DNA of 64,000 nucleotides from Flaccisagitta enflata (Eukaryota): NCBI GenBank assembly GCA_965153355.1, contig OZ231126.1, positions 14,942,001 to 15,006,000 of the forward strand, read 5' to 3'. Shown piece by piece: positions 53,002 to 64,000 of this stretch (position 1 is its first letter; each line of letters starts with the position of its first letter). The notes under the pieces were generated by a model. It saw only the letters and a program-made list of their open reading frames with translations, ran no database searches and was not told where the DNA came from. The position numbers and the translations under genes were made by a program.

Positions 53002-55235
53002 AGCAACTAAACGAACACGGCCCGGCTCTAAAGCGTATTTCTTTCTTATGCTGAAATGATACATATTTGCTTATCAATAAATACATAATTTCTTTATATC
53101 CGACACGAAATTTCAAGAAAAGTATTATGAAACGTATTATGAAACGTATCATGAAACGTATTTAAAGCATTATGAAACTCTCGAAATTGACATCGCATTA
53201 ATTATTTTTACTGGGATTGATGCAGAAATTCGCGTCGCCTACATTCCGACTTAAGGACTCACTCTCTGATGGGGTAACTTCTCATTAGGCTGATTCCGAG
53301 TTTCGTCATGCGCGCGAGAAACCCTGACTCTCCGCCATTGTAGAAGTGTCATCGCTTCTTCTGCTGAATTGCATAAGGTCACAAAGGTTGGGTGACATAC
53401 CTAACTATCTGGTGTGCCATACTAAACCAATATTTGCCACACCGACTGCCCCTATGGGGTCCAAAACAGGGGTAGAAGGGTCTATTAGGGCCTGTCCCGA
53501 TTCTGTCCCTGCAAGCAAAACGCAATTTTAACCAATCAAAAAATGTCAATGGGGGTCATCCAATAGCTTGTAAGCAATCACTATCAATCCATTGATGTGT
53601 GTAGAAAGTTTGAATTCAATATTTCAACTGTAAGATGACAAAAAATGAATTTGAATTATGATACTCTTCCCCTTTATTTTTCTGTCATTTTTTTCTAAAA
53701 ATGAGTTAGGTAGAAAGTTTTTTTCGTACGCCTATCTTTACTTAAACATTAAGCATTTTTTCTTTTACCATTGTATTAAGGACTAGTTGGAGGACCTTTC
53801 CTCCGATTTTCAAGGATTTTTTCCATTCTATTCAAAAGAAATAAGCATTTTCCTGGAGCGTTACAATTCAGAGGTGCTCCTTGCTGTAGCTGTCACACTT
53901 GTGTCACACTATGATTCATACTATGCCACGGCATAGTAACATAAGTGACGAAAAATTCATCTTCATGATGGGAAAGAAAATCAAATTCTGTACTTGCACC
54001 TAAAATTTCAACTCTTAACTCCAAATCGTTTGGTCACAGTGAAATTTCAAAGATGATCACTACAAAAAAAAGAATTGAATTGTAACGCTCGCCGACCAAG
54101 CTTCGTAGTTAATTCTTTGTTTCCACACAGCGCTTCTCACACAAATGCGTGATGCTTTTAAGTTTTATTTTGGTAAAATTTCACAAAATTCAAATTTGCA
54201 TATCTCAGGAACTATTTGAGTTAGCCCAATGAAATTTTGCATGGTTGGTATCTGGATCAAGAGACTCCTTTGCCTAAATTCTGATGCGACCTAGAGAATG
54301 TTGAGCAGTCCAACCAGACCAACCAGCCTACCAGATAAAAAAATGAAAAAATGGCATAACTTCTAAAATAATTGACCAATCTGGTTGAAATTGTGCATGA
54401 AGCTTCCTTTAAAGATTCCTCGTCACTGGCATAAAAAAGAGCATGGGGAAATTTTTTTTCTTCCAACAGCCCACCCAGCCAGAAATGCTACTTATAGAGA
54501 TTTTTTTAAAAAACTAAAAAAATTCAAAAAAATTTCAGAAACATGATCACACATGTTTGCTTGAACGTTATCAATAAGAATTTTACTGTCATATTGATTT
54601 CGTGATTGTATTTAGCTAAATTTTCTAGTAATAAAACTGCCAACAATATCTATTTAAGCCTAATTTGCATGAAAAATGAGCTTACTTAAGAAAATCCAAG
54701 TATGGATTCATATGTAAGAATAGGTGAGCTACATGATGACATATGGTTTTGTTCAATTTTCAAACATGTGAAATTGACGAATTTCATCCCGTCCACGGTC
54801 GGCTTAGCGTGACACTAGTCATTAGGAATAGGATTTCAAGGGAAATTGTGGTACGCAACTGTTGCTTAGCCGCGAGCACTGCGTTGCACAGGAGTTAAGA
54901 AACATGCGAGTTATAGAGTCTGTGACCTTCCCTAATTTCGAGCAGCTCCGGCAATATTTCATCTTTCATGATGCATGAGCCATAATTGCACCGCATTCGC
55001 GTGTCATTGGAATTATTTGGGTCAAAAATGTATCTCGATTTGGGGCGTTTGAGCAATATTTGTGCAGCGGCGTACAAAGCGGCAGCGAGCGGCGCAGGCA
55101 AATGTTGGCTCAAGGCGATCGTTCATTGTCTTCCATCGGGGAAAAAAGTGTGCCATATTTTCGTTTTGACGTCGCTTTCTGTCGCTGTTTCTGTGCATGC
55201 GTTGGTCTGTCTGTCTGTCGCAAACCCTTTCTTCA

Positions 55236-55322
<87 letters not shown>

Positions 55323-56624
55323 CGAGCGAGCGAGAGTAAGTGTGTGTGTGAGAGAGTTTGGAACAGGTCACTCGGTCGGAAACCATGTTTATTTGATCAT
55401 TTCTCGATGTCTATGCCTCCACGCGGGCGTGATGAACGCTATCGTTATTTCGATTATAACAATCACCGGGAACGCGATTGTCTTCTTGGTTCTCAGTTTT
55501 CTAATTTCTCCCCTCCTGTGAACCCTCGACTACCTTCATCGACCGAGATAACGTTCCCTTGCCAGCCCCTCACCCAGCAACGACTTACCCCAAACAACAC
55601 TAACAACTCGTCCTCTACAACCCCCATTCTTCCACACTTCCCCCAACATCCGGCTTGCGTCCAAATCCGGCAATACGCATACCAAGAGAGAGGGAAAGAG
55701 ATCGAAGAAGAGGCAAGCAAAAGCGAGAAGATGGCACGCGACACAAAAACAAAGGAATGGATAATGACGAGGATGACTCAACCGACGACGCCATTTCGAC
55801 TCCTGATTTTAGAGAATTTGTAACGTCATCGGTTTATATCTATTGTTACAATCATCGGCTTTGATCTTTGAATGTTGGCCTCAACGGGTCAGCTACTTTA
55901 AGGGATGAATTTTGCAAGAAGGAAATGATGGGGCGCACGCCCGCGTAGAAACGAAGTGTTGCGGGGTTTAGCGTATGGGAAGGGGGAATGGGGAACTGAA
56001 GATGTGTTGAGTGGGGAGATAAGAGGTTGTTGATGAATGGTAACGAAAAGTGTGGGCTGTGGGGGAATAGTCGATAGGTTGGGGCCACTTTGGACTAAGA
56101 TGGAACATGGGTAGGGGGTAGCCTGTGGGGGTTACGGCAGAATGGTGGCGTATGGTGTAGGGTATTGGGTAGGGATAGGTTGTGGGGAAAAGGGAGTTGG
56201 TTGACATAATGTCATTGTGCAGCGTCTTTGTCTCATGATATTGCATAGCATCCTGTATCGCGTCCCGTGCCACGTCCTGTGCTGCGCTCCGACGACGATG
56301 CATCATCCCGACATCAATGTTTTTCTTTGATATTGCGCTAAATGAGATCCTTTGGGCCTTTGCTCTCCTTCCATCTTTCATAACTTCTAAGATGTTTTCT
56401 TTCCATTTTTTCCCGTTGATATTCACCGATTGTTTTGTGTCGCACATGAAACAACGATAACATCGGAAGGAGGCAAGAATTTCAACCGATCCGACCGACA
56501 GACGGAGCGCAGATAGAACGACAGCATGGTAAAAGGAAGACTGCATACAATTTACAAATCGTCAAGACGTCAACACGGCCGAATCAGCCGACTCAGTCGA
56601 CTCGTGCGTCTCATCATTGTCGCC

Positions 56625-59600
56625 TAGCTTGGTTGGAACTTCATGTAAGTGACAGATCCTTTACCAGTGTTGCGTGGGTGTTCCATCACCTCTGTAAAGC
56701 ACCAAACAACTTGCATAAGTCATCTCCAATTTAGCAAAATAACTTCGAGTTTAGCTTAAAGATGATATGGTATATCACAATTTTGAATGAAATTTTAACT
56801 TCTTGTCATTCCAAAAGATTAAGCTACAGAGTTCAGTTTGGTCTTGCTTGACAGATGTTGATGAACGGAAAGGTAAAAAATAAATTTTTAAGCAGAAGGA
56901 AGTCTTGGGGGGCCTTTCTAAGTGTCAAGACTTGACTAACTAAAGTTTAAAATGGTAGGGACTGGTAAAAGTGGTAAAGTGCATGTTTAAAGTTTTTAGT
57001 CGAGTGCACGCGACTCTACAACCCACTGTGTCGGTCGGTCAATCTGTCAGTCTGTTGGTAACAGTTTGCTTTTTTTTGCCGTTTTACGTCATTTTAAGAA
57101 ATCTTAAGTCATTCTAAGTTTTTTTAAAGTTATTTCAAATCAATTTAAATTCAGTCTCTAAGTCTTTTCATCCTTTGGTCTTAACAACTGCACGCGACTG
57201 TAAGGCGTTGGCCTTGTTTTTCTATCAACCATGACAGTGAATTGTACATGAGTGACTGTCTTGTACCATAGAGCATTTTGAGAAAAAAAAAAGAATTTGG
57301 TTCAAAGAATAAAAGTAGCGAGTTTGAGCCATACCATGCTGCTTTGTTAACTCCTAATTCTCAAACTTATTCAGCTTTAGACTTGATATAGAATAGAAGC
57401 ACTGAACTGACTCCTAGCCATGGTATGGAATATGTTTTTGCTTTCACATAACCCTACCTTTCCTTCATCTTTCCCACTTATGGTTTATATCCTTAAATCT
57501 ACTTTTGGGCAGTGGCACCAAAGGGGACAAACAAGACTTTTATTTGTCAGTTTGTACATTTGCCCATCCGTCTGTCCATCCGTATGTCGCTCCTTAGATC
57601 TAGCCATAAGTTTAGCCTTTCAGGCCTCAAATCAGGCTCAGTCCTCAAATGTGCACTCTCAGGCCTCAAATTGGTCTTCTCAGGCTCATGATTGATAGAA
57701 AAAAAACTGTGAACATACACTTTACAACTTTTACCATTTCCTACCGTTTAGACTATAGTTGGTCAAGTTTTGACACTTTGGAAGGCAACCCGAGACTTCC
57801 CTCTGCTTGGAAAGCTTTTAGGGCAGCGGCCCCAAAGGGAGGATGTCTTGTAGGACATAGGGGTGAATTTCCAGACCTCTGTACATCCATCCGTCCCCCC
57901 TAGGCTACTCAGGCTCCTTCTGGATCTCAAATCCGCCCTTTAAGGCCCCAAATCAACCCCCTCAGGCCCAAAATCAGCCCTCTTAGACCCCAAATCAACC
58001 CTTTCAGATCAAATTCTAGCCCTCCCAAGCATAAAATCAACCCACTTAGACCTAAGATTAGCTCTCAGGTCCTAAATATGCCTCTTACAGAGCCATAATC
58101 AACTCTCTCAGGCCATAAATCAGCCCTCTCAGGCCAAAACTCAACCCTCCCAGGCCAAAAATCAAACCTCTCAGGCCCAAAATCCCCAGCAAGAAAATGC
58201 CCTCAAATTTGCCCCCTTGGGACGTCTGGAAATTCACCCCTGTGTCCTACACTCACTACATTCCTTCAGCAGATCACTCCAAGCAGGGCATCGGGTACCG
58301 CTGACCATGTGCAATCCTTGAATGACTTGCTTTTGGGCAGCGACCCCGAAGGGAACAAAGTCCTGTAGAACACAGGGGGACTTTTGTTTGTATGTCCGTT
58401 TGTCCCTTCTCCCAGGCCTTTTGGGCAGCGGCCCCATAGGGGACGATGTCCTTTAGAACAAGGGGACTTTGGTTTGTTTGTCCGTTTGTTTGTCCCCCCC
58501 CCCGCCTTGAGACTCAAATCTCAGCCTCAGGACTCAAATTTCAGCCTCAAGGCTTAAATCCCATCCTCGAGGCTCAAAGCTCATCCTTGAGGCTCAAATC
58601 CCAGCCTCAAGGCTCAAATCCAAGCCCAAATGCTCAAATCCCAGCCTTGAGGCTCAAATCTCAGCTTTGAGGCTCAAACATCAGCCTTGAGGCTCAAATC
58701 CCAGCCTTGAGGCTCAGATCCCAGCCTCAAGGATCAAATCTGCACACGGACGGACGGACGGACGAATGAACGAAAGTCCCCATGCTCTACAGGACATTGT
58801 CCGCTTTGGGGGCCGCTGCCCTGCTACCTACCACCTACAATCATCAACATACACAGCAGGGCTATGGGAATCGCTGACCACATATTGCCTTTGGGCGACT
58901 GGTTAGGGCTCGAATCAGCCCTCACAGGCCTCATATCTGCTCTTTCAAGCCTCAAATCCGCCCTCTCAGGCCTCAAATCTACCCTCTCGAGCGTCAAAAC
59001 ACCGCTCAGGCCTGAAATCTACCTTCTCAGACCTGAAGTCCGCCCTCTCAGGCCTCAATTCCGCCCTCTCAGCCCTTAAATCAGCCCTCTCAGACCTCAA
59101 ATTTGCCCTTACAGACCTAAGATCTGCCCCCTCAGGCCTCAAATCTGCCCTCTCAGACCTGAAATATGCCCTCCTAGCCCTCTCAAGCTTCCAATCAGCC
59201 ATCTTGGGCCTCATCTGGCTTGTTAGGCCTCCCAGGGCTCAAATCTGCCCTTTCTGACCTCAAATCAGCCCTCTCAAACTTCAAATCAGTTGAATCAGGC
59301 TTCAAAACAAGCCTCTCAGGCCTCAAATCAGCTGTCTCAGGACGAACGTAAGTTCCCTGTGTTCTACAGGACTTTGTCCCTTTTGGGGCCACTGCCCTGC
59401 TCCCCCTCACTCCAATCACTCAAAGCAGGGTAATGGGTATTGCTGACCACATATTGCCCTTGGGTGACCTGTTTACCTTTCCTTTCATCGACATCTGTCA
59501 AGAGAGACCAAACTAAACTCTGTAGCTTAATCCTTAGGAATTACAAGGAGGTGCAATTTTACTCAAAATTGTGATTTACCTTATCATCTTTGAGCTAAAC

Positions 59601-59724
59601 TCGAAGTTATTTTACAACATTGGAGACGACTTTTGCAAGTTGTTTGGTGCTCTATAGGGGTAATGGAACACGCACGCAACACTGGTAAAGGATCTGTCAC
59701 TTACATGAAGTTCCAACCAAGCTA
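56625..59724. mobile_element. Long-TIR (~230 bp) element packed with HINE-like repeats
   Basis: tagcttggttggaacttcatgtaagtgacagatcctttaccagtgttgcgtg... and its reverse complement ending at 59724; degenerate flanking direct repeat attgtcgcct / attgttgcgt. Confidence 0.85.
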
Positions 59725-60083
59725 TTGTTGCGTCTTGGTCGTCGGGTTTTCTTCGCCGCTGCTCCCCGTTCGCCGTTATTATCCTTTCTTGCCGTGCAAC
59801 AACGGGTCCTCTCTGTCTCCATTGTGTTCATTTGTCATAATTCCCGGTTGGATTATTGTTTATCGCGCTCGCGCGACGAAGGGCTTCGTCTTTATCAGCT
59901 ATTTCATGATTCCAGTGCGAATCAACAATGACGAAGTTGATGATGATGTCGTGTGCCATCGGTTGAGCCATCAACTGAGGTTTGGACGATAGAAGAGAAC
60001 TGTTGAACAAAAACTCGATTCAATCTGTTAAGCTTTTTAAAACGCGGATAGAAATCGGAAGCAATATTAAATGGCGGAAGTGG

Positions 60084-60337
<254 letters not shown>

Positions 60338-61800
60338 CAATAGACAGACAGAGATTCACTATTTTGTCTAGAGGAGATGACATAAATTCTGTCTGAGTAG
60401 ATCAAGTCGCAGCTTCGGTCTTTATTTCTGTGCAAAACGCGACTAGATTTGCAGAATCGGAGGCCGGGGATCACTGAGCTTGTACTGGAGCTTGTCTCAC
60501 GATTCTGGGCCGGATCAGAATTGCCACTGATGCAGCTAGGCGGAGCCTCATTCAAATTATACAAAGATTATGGAGAACAAGCTCGGATACACGGCTGCCC
60601 CAGTCGCGGGCGGGTGGGCAGGGGCCATATTTGAGGTCACCTCATCATTTGGGCAGGAGCAAAGACCGCAAAAACAAAAAAAAGTCTAACAGACCGACGG
60701 AGGGACCGACGGACAGACCGACAAAAAAGAAACAAATGCCGCAAAAAGAAAATAACAAAAACTTAACTTGCGGACAGACAAAACTGACTTGTTCTCCACC
60801 TCTTCCCCCGCCCAAAATGATTTTGGGTCGGAATCAATGAATTTGTTGAATGAATGAATCAATGAATGGTTTCGAATATCAAAAATCATTAACAAACCGC
60901 AGCCGATAGCGAGAGGAAGAGATGGACCCTCAGTGAAAGAGACATAGATAGAGAGACAGAATGAGAAAGACAGAGAACGACAAGAAACGATATATATAGA
61001 ATAGAGGAATGGAATAAACAAACAACACATGAGTTTATGAATAATGACCTTCATCGAAAAAAATCCATATTCATCGTCATCCCAGCTTCAAAAGTACAGC
61101 ACTCTGTCTTTTACAATGTAAATTTACAATGTAAATTACATCACTAGCAATTTGTTTCTAATCGCGACAAAGTACCTCTATAACTGGCTGAATCCGTTGG
61201 TCGATTGGTCGGTTGGTTGGTCGGTTGGTCGGTAACGCATTCATTCGTCGATCCAAATTTCGCATCTTATTGGACTACTTGGCCTTGTTCATATTCTTCT
61301 TAGTCGCAGACCCAAGTCAAGAGAACAAAGTTTACTTCTGGCAGACGAAAAGCAAAAGGACAGCTGTTGTTCCGACCGCGTGGACTTTGAATCTCGTGCC
61401 AAGGGCAACGTCGGTGGCGTTGGAAGTGGAAAACGAGGGGGTGGTGGTGTTGGAAGAGGGGGTACGAGGTAGAGGATGCACAAGGGGGTAGAGGGGAAAA
61501 GCAGGAAGAAGCTGCGGTCGTTGTTGCGGTTTTTTAGCTCCTTGTCTTCGCATTGGTGAAAAAGTCGGTCAAAGTTGATTCCATCGACGGCCGATCTTCA
61601 AATACGAGTTAGTCGCGCGCACAAACAAGACGAAATTCGGGCTTGATTTGAGAGCGCGACAACTACGACCACGGTGAAAACAAGACAACAGCAGCTAAAA
61701 AGATAATAACAACAACATTGACGACGATTCAAACAACAATGATAACAATAATAGAAATGAACATTAAACAATGATAGCAACAAAAACAACAACAACAACG

Positions 61801-61896
<96 letters not shown>

Positions 61897-62139
61897 TGAC
61901 AGGATGGCTACAAACACGCCGAGAAAACAATAAAATTGGAGTTGTAAACCGAATCGTGACCTTCAAAGCATTCGCGGGTCTTTAAGGAGGCGATTGTAAG
62001 AAAAGGAAAAGGAGATTTCATCAAAAACGGAGATCGTATCAAAAATAGGACAAAGTTGAGATCTTTCTTTTCTTTCTCCTGTCACGCCCATTACCCTCCC
62101 TTACCCTCCCTCTTCCTCCCCTTTCTCCTCCGACTATCC

Positions 62140-62157
62140 CTTCTTTCTTTCTTTATT

Positions 62158-62224
<67 letters not shown>

Positions 62225-62580
62225 AGCTTTCTAGCTTTCTTTCTCTCTTTCTTTCTTTCTTTCTCTCTTTCTTTCTTTCTTTCTTTCTTACTTTCTTCCT
62301 TTCTTTCTTTCTTTCTCTCTTTCTTTTTATTTTTAATTCTCTATTTTTTTTTCTATTTTTTTTCTTTCGTTCTTTTTTTCTTTCTCTCTTTCTTTCTTTT
62401 CTGCTTTCAATATTTTTTCTTTCCTTCCTTCCCTCTTTTTTAGTTCTTTCTTTTGACTTTTTTCTTTCTTTTTCCCCTTTTTTGTCTTTTCTTTTTTCTT
62501 TCTGCCTTATTTTTTTCTTTTTTGCTGTTGTTGTACTTTCCATTCGTCTATTCTTTTTTTCTTTTCTTTCTTTCTGTCGT
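62140..62580. repeat. (CTTT)n and T-rich low-complexity tract
   Basis: Direct reading. Confidence 0.9.
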
Positions 62581-62775
62581 TGTCAACGCCGGCACCATTT
62601 TCCTTCTCCTCCTCCTCATGTGCTACCTCCTCCTCATTGACCCTCGGCTGACCGCAAGTGGGATGTCCGGCAGTCAAATTCTCCACTAAAAATGACAGTT
62701 AAAAACCCCTTCATCAGGCTTCTGTTGCGCGCGGCCCGTGCCACAAAGGAAACAAGAGCAGTCAGAGAGAGAGAG

Positions 62776-62889
<114 letters not shown>

Positions 62890-63134
62890 AAAGAAAGAAA
62901 ACAGACACACACGCATACACACACGCATACATACACGCACACACACACACACACGTTCTGGCACTACGTGGTTGACCCGGTCATTTGTCCCTCCTCCTCT
63001 GGCTCTGCAAAGACGGGAGTTGATTTTGGTGTTCGTTTTTGCTCTGTGCTTGTGTGGGGGAAGGGGGGGGGGGCATTCTGTTCGTCTGTTAGTCTTTTTT
63101 TTCCTCATCCTTGTTCTCCCTCTCTGGCTCTCCC

Positions 63135-63333
<199 letters not shown>

Positions 63334-64000
63334 GTTGCAAGTGACGCTCGATGGCATCGAGCTGAATACAGAATAGTGATTACTACTATTCATTCCATTT
63401 TAATTTTTGAGGTTCCTTTGCCAGACACGATTTTCGTTGATTGCGGTTCACAATCAGAACCACTCGTTCAACGCAGACCCAAGAAATAGGATCATATACT
63501 AATAAAATGCTCAAATTCGCTCAATCTCCACGGAATAGACATTGAGCGAGAAACATTGCGCTAAGCTCATTTTTTTAAGTTTGAACTAAACCAAAAAACA
63601 TGGAATGCCTAAGACAGAGTGCCCACGAAGCCAACATTTAGGGTATCAAAATGGCTCAAAATAGTAAATATACATGAGTGAAAATAGAAAAACAAGTGAA
63701 TAAAAATGATTAAGATAAGACATGCATGATATTTGAAAACAAAATTTGCATCGGTTTAGCAAGAGACTCAGATTTAGCTTAGATTACTGAGGAAGATTTA
63801 CTGAAAATTTCTCCAAATTTCTTTTTTGTCACTGACAAGGGGTTGGTCGAAATTTTAAGTTTGCATAGAAAATGAAAAAACGAAAAAACAAAGAACATAG
63901 TTCTCATCCCAAATCGTTTTTAGAGAAAACTATGTCTTTGAAAATGCAAAATTCTTTTGGGTGTGGCTTTCTTATAATTTCGACCTGAGAAAATAGAAAA

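Noticed and set aside
53374-54820. Probable additional AT-rich DNA transposon
   Set aside because: I could not find convincing paired termini or a TSD.
55430-55521. GPCR TM1-like segment IITITGNAIVFLV
   Set aside because: Followed by a stop with no donor, and no other GPCR motifs nearby.
55968-56546. 192-aa minus-strand ORF
   Set aside because: No recognisable motif or splice context; cannot be supported without a search or expression data.

Overview
Eukaryotic, repeat-rich animal (probably invertebrate) genomic DNA with GT-AG introns and dense microsatellites, so most ORFs in the supplied track are artefacts. Manual splicing gives five gene models: (1) the last exon of UBE2S (+, 4571-4899); (2) a 4-exon gene on the opposite strand, apparently inside the preceding UBE2S intron, encoding a 186-aa protein with a purely acidic N-terminal third and a purely basic Arg/Ser/Lys/Gly protamine-like remainder (-, 3280-4139); (3) a complete 9-exon SLC13/INDY-type Na+/carboxylate-sulfate cotransporter (-, 14195-29956); (4) a 3-exon secreted discoidin/F5-8C-like gene nested antisense in SLC13 intron 1 (+, 28384-29200); (5) a 4-exon secreted precursor with signal peptide, acidic propiece, a +20 Arg/Cys-rich segment and a Gly-rich hydrophobic segment, a candidate new antimicrobial or toxin peptide (+, 50824-53001). 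Mobile DNA includes a 5'-truncated Naiad-type Penelope-like retroelement split by a TIR element, TA-flanked MITEs, hAT-type elements, long-TIR foldback/MULE-like elements and many Helentron-associated (DINE-1/HINE-like) repeats carrying tandem arrays. All gene models come from sequence reading only; no database search or expression data was available.
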